Positions 1 through 8,900 of a stretch of DNA of 64,000 bases are shown here, one piece after another. The translations under genes and the position numbers were made by a program. The notes under the pieces were generated by a model. It worked only from the letters and a program-made list of their open reading frames with translations. It was not told the origin of the DNA and did no database searches. Position 1 is the stretch's first letter. Each line of letters opens with the position of its first letter. Location: positions 1,564 through 65,563 of the forward strand of contig DASXBA010000006.1 of assembly GCA_036406475.1 (NCBI GenBank), in the 5' to 3' direction. Source of the DNA: Thermoleophilaceae bacterium (GTDB taxonomy: Bacteria > Actinomycetota > Thermoleophilia > Solirubrobacterales > Thermoleophilaceae).

Positions 1-195
1 ATGGAGCTGCTGGAGCAGGCCGAGTCCCTCGGGGCCGTCGGCGCGACGATCTCGGGCGCCGGCCCCGCCGTCCTCTTCTGGTGCCACTGGCAGCAGACCG
101 GCAACCTGATGGACGCGCTCAAGTCGGCCGCGGACGACTGCGAGGTCAAGCGCGTCCAGTTCGCCCCGGGCGGGGCGGACGTTCGCGAGCTCTGA
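1..195 (+). CDS. thrB: homoserine kinase, C-terminal fragment (5' end lies outside the window)
   Basis: The ORF runs off the left edge. It has a GHMP-kinase C-terminal motif (GATISGAGPAVLFW) and high GC3. Confidence 0.5.
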   Translation: MELLEQAESLGAVGATISGAGPAVLFWCHWQQTGNLMDALKSAADDCEVKRVQFAPGGADVREL

Positions 196-214
196 CGGGC
201 TGGCTCCGCTAGCA

Positions 215-260
215 CCGAACGTCCCGCGCAGCCGCCCCTGGGCGGCACCCACGGACGTTC
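215..260. repeat. divergent copy of the CCGAACGTCCC...GGACGTTC palindromic intergenic repeat
   Basis: It starts CCGAACGTCCCGCGC, identical to the first 15 nt of the copy at 20493, and ends GGACGTTC. It contains an internal GCCGCCC/GGGCGGC hairpin and lies between convergent genes. Confidence 0.5.
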
Positions 261-277
261 ATCGCGGCCGGGCGCCG

Positions 278-2659
278 CTAGCGCCTGAAGAACCCGCGCA
301 GGAAGCGCTTCTGCTTGCGCCGCGTAGAGGTCAGGCGGCGGTCCGCGACTCCCAGGGAGCGGACCTTGCCGCGGCGGGTCTTGAACACGAGCGTGCTGCT
401 CTTGGCGCGGGCCAGGTACCAGACGTTGCTGCCCACGCGGTAGCGCTTCTCCTTGTGCAGGCGGCGGCGCACGCTACGGCTGCTCGAGCCCACGCGCAGC
501 TTCCGCATGCGGAGGTGGGTGCTGGTCGTGAGCAGCAGCACGGCGCGGCCCTTGACCCGGCGGCGCTCGCGGCGGCCGATCCCGCGGCGCAGGCGCGCGC
601 TCGGGTAGCCGGCGCCCACTACGCGGCCGTCGGCCAGGCAGAAGTAGTCGAAGCTGCCCTTGGCTCGGCGGCTCGGGTAGGCGCGGCGGATCGTGCTGCG
701 CTTGCGGCCGAGGCGCGCGCGGTGGAGGCGCTTGCCGGAGATCGACCCGCGCAGGGAAGCGCAGCGGCGCCCGTTGCCTCCGGGCTCCAGCGGGTTGCGG
801 CGCGGGTCGCCCACGAGCAGCTCGACGTTGCGGTCGTCGGGGTCGCCCTCGCCGTGCTTGCCGCCGCGGAACGGGTTGGAGCCCACCTGGAGGTCGTTGT
901 AGGACATCGTCCGCGCGATCGACGCCAGCTGGAAGGGGCTGAACGAGGCCGCCGAGGTGCCGGAGGGCGGCGTCGCGGCCGGCGAGGAGTGATCGAGGAT
1001 CGTTCCGAAGATCGAGAGCGTGCCGTCGCGGTTGTCCATGAGGTCGACCAGGCGCTGCTGCTGAGGCCAGTCGGCCTCCGCAGCCAGGCGGATGCTCCAG
1101 AAGCCGCCGCCGTGCGCGGCGGGGAAGGGCTCGACGTTGTTCACGTGCGAGTGGCCCGCCACCCAGGCCACCACGTGCGGGTACTTGTGCAGTAGCGCAG
1201 TGAGGTCGGCGCCCAGGTGGATCGGCCGCGAGTCGCGCGGGTCGACGTCACAGCCGGGATTGGTGTCGTGCGATCCGCTGCCCGAGTCGGGCGGCGCCTT
1301 CTGCACGCCCGTGCAGGGCGCGGCGTCCTCGTCGGGCACGTTCGCGGTCAGGCTCTCGATCGCGTGATGGCTGAAGATCACCACCAGCTCGTCGCGCTGG
1401 GTCGCCTTCTTCAGCTCGCCGTCGAGCCAGCGGAACTGCGGGTCGTCGACGTTGCCGTCTGCGGACGGTCCCACAACGCCGCCCTCCGACACGGTGTCGA
1501 GGCCGATGAAGCGGATGCCGGGCTTGGGGCTCCACGAGTAGTAGCCGGCGGCGCCGTTCGAGGCCGCGAGCTGGGACGGGTCGATCAGGCCGAAGCCGTG
1601 GGCGTCCGCCTGGCGGCCCGTCTTGTGCAGCGCCTTGTACTGGGCCTTGCTCACGAACTGCCGGCGCGGGTCCGGCGGCACCAGCATGACCTTGTTCGGG
1701 TCCGTGACCGCCGCCAGCAGGGCGGTCGGCGTGAGCGACTGGAGCGTGCCGGCGAGGTTGCGCGGGTCGCCCACGAACGAGGTCGGCTTGATGCAGCCGG
1801 TGGCGACGGACTCGAACGCGCCGTTGGCGCTCTCGTTGCCCTGGACGAGCCCGTCGTGGTTGCCGAAGACGACGTACGAGGGCACCTTGAGCCCCTCGGC
1901 GCTGAACGGCTGCTCGGCCCGGTCGAGCAGGCCCGGGTACTTCGGCCAGGCCGAGAAGTTCGCCCCGCGCGGGTCGTTCGGGTCGTAGAAGTAGGGGTCC
2001 GCGCCCTCGGTGTAGTCGTTGTAGTCCTGGACGCCCGTGTACTTCTTGGCCTCCGCCGTACCCGGCGTGCCCGGCGGGCAGGACCCGTAGTCCGCGGCCT
2101 TGGAGCTGCCGCTGTTCGGGTCGAGCGTCCCGCCCTCGAGCAGGCGAACCACCCACTGGACCTCGTTGCGCTGCTGGTTGTCGGCGGAGTCGCCCGTGGT
2201 CATGGCGAAGTCCATCTGGGCGCGTTTGCCGCGGCCGTCGCGCACGGGGCTGCCGCCGGCCCATTCGTTCACCGCGTGGATGCCCGCGTCCACGGTCTGC
2301 GGCATCAGCGCCTCCCAGGGGCGCCAGGCCGCGTCGAACGGAGCCGGGTTCGTGGCCGGGTCGAGGAACTCGACCCGTGCCGGCGATTCCTCGTCGGCCA
2401 GCTGGAAGTCGCTCAGCTGGCCGAAGTAGACGAGCGACCGGCGCCTGCCCGAGCGCCCGAGCTGCGCCTTGCCGACGCCGCTCTCGCGGACGATGTAGTG
2501 CTCACCGGGCGCGTCGGTCAGCCGCTGGTACGGGCCCGGCGGGCCGGTCGGCACGATCCGCCGGCTGAGGGTGGAGCGCGGATCGGCCGTCGCCGACGAC
2601 ACGGCGAGGAGGGCGAGCGCCGCCAGGGCGAGTCCGGCAAGTTGCCTCGAGAACTTCAC
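278..2659 (-). CDS. secreted metallophosphoesterase (TIGR03767-like) with an Arg-rich C-terminal module
   Basis: Signal peptide KFSRQLAGLALAALALLAVSSATA. Phosphoesterase motifs TGDSADN, VFGNHDG and AGHSHVNN. The last ~165 aa are homologous to the C-terminus of the 20634..25124 protein. Start is GTG 2659, or TTG 2674 as an alternative. Confidence 0.8.
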   Translation of the reverse strand: MKFSRQLAGLALAALALLAVSSATADPRSTLSRRIVPTGPPGPYQRLTDAPGEHYIVRESGVGKAQLGRSGRRRSLVYFGQLSDFQLADEESPARVEFLDPATNPAPFDAAWRPWEALMPQTVDAGIHAVNEWAGGSPVRDGRGKRAQMDFAMTTGDSADNQQRNEVQWVVRLLEGGTLDPNSGSSKAADYGSCPPGTPGTAEAKKYTGVQDYNDYTEGADPYFYDPNDPRGANFSAWPKYPGLLDRAEQPFSAEGLKVPSYVVFGNHDGLVQGNESANGAFESVATGCIKPTSFVGDPRNLAGTLQSLTPTALLAAVTDPNKVMLVPPDPRRQFVSKAQYKALHKTGRQADAHGFGLIDPSQLAASNGAAGYYSWSPKPGIRFIGLDTVSEGGVVGPSADGNVDDPQFRWLDGELKKATQRDELVVIFSHHAIESLTANVPDEDAAPCTGVQKAPPDSGSGSHDTNPGCDVDPRDSRPIHLGADLTALLHKYPHVVAWVAGHSHVNNVEPFPAAHGGGFWSIRLAAEADWPQQQRLVDLMDNRDGTLSIFGTILDHSSPAATPPSGTSAASFSPFQLASIARTMSYNDLQVGSNPFRGGKHGEGDPDDRNVELLVGDPRRNPLEPGGNGRRCASLRGSISGKRLHRARLGRKRSTIRRAYPSRRAKGSFDYFCLADGRVVGAGYPSARLRRGIGRRERRRVKGRAVLLLTTSTHLRMRKLRVGSSSRSVRRRLHKEKRYRVGSNVWYLARAKSSTLVFKTRRGKVRSLGVADRRLTSTRRKQKRFLRGFFRR

Positions 2660-2700
2660 GGATCCCGGGGCCAACGTAGCCGTGATGTCAGCATTGCGCC

Positions 2701-3084
2701 ATGACCGAGCCCGAAGTCCTGGCCGCCGGCGGCGTCGTGAAGCGCGACGGGCGGGTGGCCGTCGTGCATCGGCCGAAGTACGACGACTGGTCGCTTCCCA
2801 AAGGGAAGCTCGATCCCGGCGAGAGCTTCGAGGAGGCCGCGCTCCGCGAGGTGGAGGAGGAGACGGGGCTGCGCGCAGAGCTCGGGAGGGAGCTCCCGAG
2901 CACCGAGTACACGGACAACAAGGGCCGGCCCAAGCTGGTCCGCTACTGGGAGATGGAGCCGCTCGAGGGCGAGTTCACGCCCAGCGGCGAGGTCGACGAG
3001 CTGCGCTGGCTCGAGCCCGACGCGGCCGAGGCGATCCTCAGCTACGAGCACGACAAAGAGCTTCTTCGGGCTCTGGCCCGGTAG
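2701..3084 (+). CDS. NUDIX hydrolase
   Basis: Nudix box GKLDPGESFEEAALREVEEETGL. Confidence 0.85.
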   Translation: MTEPEVLAAGGVVKRDGRVAVVHRPKYDDWSLPKGKLDPGESFEEAALREVEEETGLRAELGRELPSTEYTDNKGRPKLVRYWEMEPLEGEFTPSGEVDELRWLEPDAAEAILSYEHDKELLRALAR

Positions 3085-3086
3085 CC

Positions 3087-3662
3087 GTGCGCGACCTCGC
3101 GCTCGCGCTGCTCGTGGCCTACGGGCTCGTCGCGTTCGTGCTGCGGGCCCTGATCCAGGTGAGGCTCACCGGCTCGACCGGGCTCAAGGGGATCAGCGGC
3201 AGCCCGGGATCGCTCGAGTGGCTCGGCGGCGTCCTCTTCGCCGGCTCGATCGCCGTGTCCGTGGTCGGGGCGGTGGTCGGCGGCGGCGACGGCGTGCCCG
3301 TAGCGGGCGCGGTGCTCGCGGTCGGGGGGCTGCTGGCCACCGCCGGGGCCCAGCTGGCGATGGGGGAGTCCTGGCGCGTCGGGGTCGATCCCGGCGAGCG
3401 GACCGAGCTCGTGACCGCCGGGCCGTTCGCGCTCGTCCGCAACCCGATCTACGCGGGGATGATCCCGTTCTTCATCGGCATCGCCCTGCTCGTGCCGAAC
3501 GCGCTGACGATCGCCGGCGCCGTGCTGCTCGTGGTGGCCCTGGAGATCCAGACGCGGCTCGTGGAGGAGCCCTACCTGCGCGGCGTGCACGGAAGCGCGT
3601 ACGCGGACTACGCCGCCCGCGTGGGGCGCTTCCTGCCCGGCGTCGGCCGGCTCAGGCGCTGA
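3087..3662 (+). CDS. isoprenylcysteine carboxyl / phospholipid methyltransferase family membrane protein
   Basis: In-frame GTG 3 nt after the Nudix stop. Multi-TM protein with the motif LVTAGPFALVRNPIYAG. The upstream part of the 2571 ORF overlaps other genes and was trimmed. Confidence 0.7.
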   Translation: MRDLALALLVAYGLVAFVLRALIQVRLTGSTGLKGISGSPGSLEWLGGVLFAGSIAVSVVGAVVGGGDGVPVAGAVLAVGGLLATAGAQLAMGESWRVGVDPGERTELVTAGPFALVRNPIYAGMIPFFIGIALLVPNALTIAGAVLLVVALEIQTRLVEEPYLRGVHGSAYADYAARVGRFLPGVGRLRR

Positions 3663-5076
3663 CGAGGTCCGGCCGGCGCTCGGCCCAGGGCCGCGCCGCC
3701 TCGAGCTGGGCGCCGAGCGAGAGCAGCACGTCCTCGCGCGCGGGCGCGGCGGCGAGCTGGATCGCGAGCGGCAGCCCGTCCTCGCCGTGGAAGAGAGGCA
3801 GCGAGATCGCGGGCTGGCCGGTGACGTTGAAGATCGCGGTGAAGGGCGTGAAGCGGCCGGAGCGGCGGAAGTCCTCCCAGGGGTCGTCGCTGCAGGCGTC
3901 GATCTCCCCGATCGGCACCGGCCGCTCGGCGAGCGCCGGGGTCAGCAGCACGTCGATCCCGCTCCACATCGCGACGACTTCACGTGTGTGGGCCTCGAGC
4001 CGGAGCTTGGCGAGCGGGTAGTCGAGGCCGCCGTAGTCGTTCACGCCGCGCCAGATCTGCCAGGAGAGCGGCTCGACGAGCTCCTCCGACGGCTCGCGGC
4101 CGCTGACCATGCCGCCGAAGTAGCAGGCCATCGCGACGCCGGTGCAGAAGACCCTGGTGAAGACAGGCAGCAGGTCCTCGCCGCCCCAGGGCGGGTGCAC
4201 CTCGCTCACCTCGTGCCCGAGCTCGGTCAGGAGGTCGGCGGCGTCGCGGACCGCCCGCTCGGCGAGCGGGTCGAGCGGCGCCTCGATCGGCGCCCTTGTG
4301 GTCACGCCGACGCGCAGCTTTCCGGGGTCACGCGCGGCCGCGGCAGCGAACGGCTCGGCCGGGGGCGGCGGCCAGTTGGCGTCGCCCGGCTCGTAGCCGG
4401 CCAGCAGGTCGAGCACCTGGGCCGTCTCGCTCAGGGTCCGGCTGAGAACCCCGTCCTGGATCAGGAAGTCGTCGCCGACCTCGGGGCCGCGGGAGACGCG
4501 CATGCGGGTGTTCTTGAGGCCGACCAGGCCGCAGCAGGCCGCGGGGATGCGGATCGAGCCGCCGCCGTCCGAGCCGTGCGCGATCGGCACCATCCCCGCC
4601 GCGACCGCCGAGGCGGCGCCGCCGGAGGAGCCCCCCGGCGTGCGCCCCGTGTCCCACGGGTTGCGGGCCGGGCCGTGGCGGCGCGACTCGGTGACGGGCA
4701 GGATCCCGAACTCCGGCAGGTTGGTCTTGCCGACGGGCACGAATCCCGCGTCGCGGAGACGCCGGACCACGAAGGCGTCGTGCTGGGGCACGAAGTCGCC
4801 GAACAGGTCGGAGCCGGCGGTCATCGGCCAGCCCTTGGCCGGCGCGCCGTCCTTGATCGCGATCGGCACGCCGGCGAACGGCCGCTCGTCGTCCTTGCCG
4901 ATGGCCTCCGCGCCCGCGAGCGCGCCGTCCGGGTCGACGTGGACGAACGCGTTCAGCTCGCCGCCCAGCTCCTCGATCGCGTCGAGCGAGGTCTGCACCA
5001 GCTCGCGCGAGCTGACCTCGCCCGACCGCACCATCGCGGCGAGCTCGGTCGCCGGCCTGAACATGAGCTCTCTCAC
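3652..5076 (-). CDS. amidase (amidase-signature family)
   Basis: AS-family motif GGSSGGAASAVAAG and KDGAPAKGWPMTAGS. Start is GTG 5076, or ATG 5064 as an alternative. Confidence 0.85.
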   Translation of the reverse strand: MRELMFRPATELAAMVRSGEVSSRELVQTSLDAIEELGGELNAFVHVDPDGALAGAEAIGKDDERPFAGVPIAIKDGAPAKGWPMTAGSDLFGDFVPQHDAFVVRRLRDAGFVPVGKTNLPEFGILPVTESRRHGPARNPWDTGRTPGGSSGGAASAVAAGMVPIAHGSDGGGSIRIPAACCGLVGLKNTRMRVSRGPEVGDDFLIQDGVLSRTLSETAQVLDLLAGYEPGDANWPPPPAEPFAAAAARDPGKLRVGVTTRAPIEAPLDPLAERAVRDAADLLTELGHEVSEVHPPWGGEDLLPVFTRVFCTGVAMACYFGGMVSGREPSEELVEPLSWQIWRGVNDYGGLDYPLAKLRLEAHTREVVAMWSGIDVLLTPALAERPVPIGEIDACSDDPWEDFRRSGRFTPFTAIFNVTGQPAISLPLFHGEDGLPLAIQLAAAPAREDVLLSLGAQLEAARPWAERRPDLVSA

Positions 5077-5882
5077 TAGGCCGGCACCAGCTCGCTGCGC
5101 AGCGCGGCCACGCGCTCGCGCTCCTCGGCGTAGCCGAGGCGCTCGAGCAGCTCCTCTGCCAGGGCAAGGTAGTCGGCGCCCAGATCGGGCGCGTAATCGA
5201 TGATCGAGACGCCGCGCTCGGCGGACTCGGCGTAGCGGACGGACCGCCGGATGACGGAGGTCAGCAGCTTGTCGCCGAAGCGGTCCTTGAGCTGCTCGAG
5301 CGCCTCGCGCGCGTGTACGAGCCGCATGTCGGCGATGTTGAGCACCACGCCGAGCCAGTCGAGCTCGGGATGCAGCGACTCCTTGGCGAGCTCGACCACT
5401 TCCAGCGCCTGCTCGACGCCCTGGAGCGAGAAGTACTCGGCCTCGCTCGAGATGAGGGCGTGGTCGGCGGCCACGAGAGCGTTGACGGTCAAGAGGCCGA
5501 GCGAGGGCGGGCAGTCGACCAGGATCAGGTCGTGCTGGCGCTTGACGTCGCGGAGCGCGCGCCGCAGCGTCAGCTCGCGGCCCATCTTGCCGCCGAGGAT
5601 CAGCTCGGACTCGGCGAGCCCGAGGTTGGCCGGGAGCACGCCCTCATGGATTGCGTCGACCGCCCGTGCCTGGCCGGCGAGCACGTCGGCGACGGTGGGC
5701 GAGGCGTCGGCGGGGACGTCGAAGTAGTCGGAGAGGTTGCCCTGCGGGTCGAGATCGACGCAGAGCACGTTGAGCCCGATCCGGCGGTAGACGTCGGCCA
5801 GGCTCCTCACCGTCGTGGTCTTCCCGGTCCCGCCCTTCTGGGACAGGACGGTGATCGTGGTGGCGGTGGGGAGCATTGCCAT
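5076..5882 (-). CDS. ParA/Soj-family ATPase (no adjacent parB)
   Basis: Deviant Walker A SQKGGTGKTTT, then LVDCPPSLG. The stop overlaps the amidase GTG by 1 nt. Confidence 0.85.
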   Translation of the reverse strand: MAMLPTATTITVLSQKGGTGKTTTVRSLADVYRRIGLNVLCVDLDPQGNLSDYFDVPADASPTVADVLAGQARAVDAIHEGVLPANLGLAESELILGGKMGRELTLRRALRDVKRQHDLILVDCPPSLGLLTVNALVAADHALISSEAEYFSLQGVEQALEVVELAKESLHPELDWLGVVLNIADMRLVHAREALEQLKDRFGDKLLTSVIRRSVRYAESAERGVSIIDYAPDLGADYLALAEELLERLGYAEERERVAALRSELVPA

Positions 5883-5995
5883 TGGGCGCCCGCAGACTAC
5901 CTGAGGGCGATCGGCCGGAACTGCCTTTATAGTTGCCGCTCCCTACCCGTCGCGCGCCCGCTCGAAGCAAGGCGCGGATCCCGAGGAGGCGCCCG

Positions 5996-8900
5996 TTGGA
6001 ACCCCGCTACTCGCCCACGCAGGCCTATCGTCCGCGGAGGGCTCCGCTCACTGTCGAAGACCGCGACGCGTGCGCGCTCTACGCGGCGGTCAACAAGCAG
6101 GCGCAGCCCACTCACGAGGCGATCGAGACCGCCCTCGTCGCGCTCGAGAAAATGCTCCACCGCGCCGGCAACGTCGATGGTGAGGGCGACGGCTGCGGCG
6201 TCCTGATCGACATCCCGCGCGAGATCTGGGCCGAGGCGATCCGCGAGGGCGGCCACGCCTCCAACCTGGCCCTCGACGACCGCTTCGCGGTCGCCCACAT
6301 CTTCATCCCGCGCCGCGCCGGCAACGTCGCCGAGGTGCAGAAGCAGGCCCGGGAGATCATGAGCAGGATCGGCTTCCGCGTCCTGGCTGAACGGGAGAAC
6401 GTGGTGGACACGACCGCGCTCGGCCCCCAGGCCCGCGAGGAGGAGCCGGTCTTCTGGCAGCTCGGCGGCTTGATCGAGCAGCCCCGCCTCTGCTTCGAGC
6501 TCGCCGTTCAGCTCGAGGCCGAGCTCGAGCTCCACGTCGCGTCGCTGTCCGCGAGCACGGCCGTCTACAAGGTGCTCGGCGCCCCGGCCGCGCTCGGCCG
6601 CTACTACCCCGACCTCCACGACGGCCGCGCCAAGACGGCCGCCGTCTTCGGCCACAACCGCTACTCCACCAACACCTGGCCGAGCTTCAAGCGCGTCCAG
6701 CCGTTCGGCATCCTCGGGCACAACGGCGAGATCAACACGATCGCCCGCTTGCGCCAGGAGGCGCGGATGCTGGGCGTCCCGATCACCGAGGACGGCTCCG
6801 ACTCGCAGGACCTGAACCGGACGGTCGAGTCGCTGATCAACCGCGAGGGGCTGTCGCTCGTAGAGGCGACGGAGCTCGTGCTGCCGCCGATCGTCAACGA
6901 GATCCGCGGCATGCCCGGGGAGCTGCGCGGCTTCTACATGTACCTGCGCCAGGCCTTCGGCCCGTTCTCGCAGGGACCGGTCGCCCTCCTCTCGCGCCAC
7001 GGCGACGAGTGCATCTTCTCCACGGACGCCCTGGGCCTGCGCCCGCTCTGGCACGTCGAGACCGGCGACTCGCACGTCTTCTCCTCGGAGCCGGGGGTCG
7101 CGTCGGTGTCCGAGACCGTCTCGGAGCCCAAGCCGCTCGCACCGGGCGAGAAGCTCCTGGTTCAGATCGACCGCAGGAAGGGCGAGTCCCGGCTGCGCGG
7201 CCACCACGAGCTCCAGCAGCTCTGCGCGCGCCGCTGGCACGAGCGCACCGGCGTCGAGTCGGACGGCACCTACGCCGGTGCCATGCTCACCGGCGGCCCC
7301 ACCACGGGCGCCGAGATCCCCGGCTACACGAGCGCCGGCCCGTCGGAGCCGATCAAGGTCGAGGACCGCGTGCTCGGCGGCTTCGGCTGGCAGCGCGAGG
7401 ACATGAAGCTCGTGCAGCAGATGGCCAACACCGGCGCCGAGCCGATCGGCTCACTCGGCTACGACGGCCCGCTCGCCTGCCTGTCTCCCGAGCGCCAGAA
7501 CCTGGCCGACTACTTCAAGGAGTCGGTCGCGGTGGTCACCAACCCGGCGATCGACCGCGAGCGCGAGGTGGAGCACTTCTCCTGCCGCGCCGTGATCGGG
7601 TCGCGGCCCGGCATCCACGGCATCCCCGACGAGGCCAGCACGATCGAGACCTCGTTCCCGATCCTGCTCGGCGGCCACGACGGCCTCGCGCCGCTGTCCG
7701 ACCAGAGCTACCGCGCCGTGGCCCGCGAGCACAGGACGTTCCTGCTCGAGGACCTCTGGGAGGCCTTCCGCGGCCGCGCCAAGGTGCTCGACCTCTCCAG
7801 CCTCGAGTCGGAGACGACCCAGGGCGCGATCGAGCGGCTCAAGCAGGAGGCCACGACCGCCGTGCGCGACGGCTGCGAGCTGCTCGTGCTCTCCGACCGC
7901 ACGGTCTACGAGGGCGATCGTCGCTACCTCGATCCGCACCTGGCCCTCGCGGCCGTGGACCTCGCGCTGCGCGAGCACTACGTCCAGGGCGGCGAGACCA
8001 ACCTGCGCCGGCGCTGCGGGATCGTGCTCCGCTCGGCGGCGCTCCGCAACGTGCACGACGTGATGGTCGCGCTCGGCCTCGGCGCCGACGGCGTCTGTCC
8101 CTACGTGATGATCGAGGTCGCCCTCATGGACGACTACGAGGACGACATCTCCAACCTCTGCTCGGCGCTGCGCAAGGGGATCGAGAAGGTCATCTCGACG
8201 ATCGGCATCCACGAGGTCCGCGGCTACGCCCGCCTCTTCTCCTGCATCGGGGTCAAGCCGGAGCTCACGGAGATCTTCGACACACCGGCGTATTTCGGCT
8301 CCGAGAAGGGCGGCACGGGCTTCGCGCAGCTCGACGCCGACGGCGACGAGCGCCAGCGGATCCTGTCCGGCGACGAGGACTCCAAGCCGGCCAAGACCTT
8401 CCGCTTCTACCCCAAGGTCTACAAGGCGGCTGTGGCCGCGGCCAACGGCGCCGCGAGCTACGAGGACTACTCGGAGAAGGTGCGCCAGCTCGAGCTCGAG
8501 AACCCGATCTCGCTGCGGCACATCCTCGACCTCAAGTCCGACCGCGAGCCGGTCGCGGAGGCGAGCACGGATGTCGGCCTGCACTCGTACCCGATCGTGA
8601 TCTCGTCCATGAGCTTCGGCTCGCAGGGCGAGGTGGCCTATCGCGCCTACGCCGAGGCCGCCAAGCGGGTGAACATCATCGCCATGAACGGCGAGGGCGG
8701 CGAGATCCAGGACATGTACGGCCAGTACCCGCTCTGGCGCGGCCAGCAGGTCGCCTCGGGCCGCTTCGGCGTGACCAGCGAGATGATCAACTCGTCCTAC
8801 CTGGTCGAGATCAAGATCGGTCAGGGCGCCAAGCCCGGCGAGGGCGGCCACCTGCCGGCAAAGAAGGTCACCGACAAGGTCGCCCAGGCCCGTAACGCCA

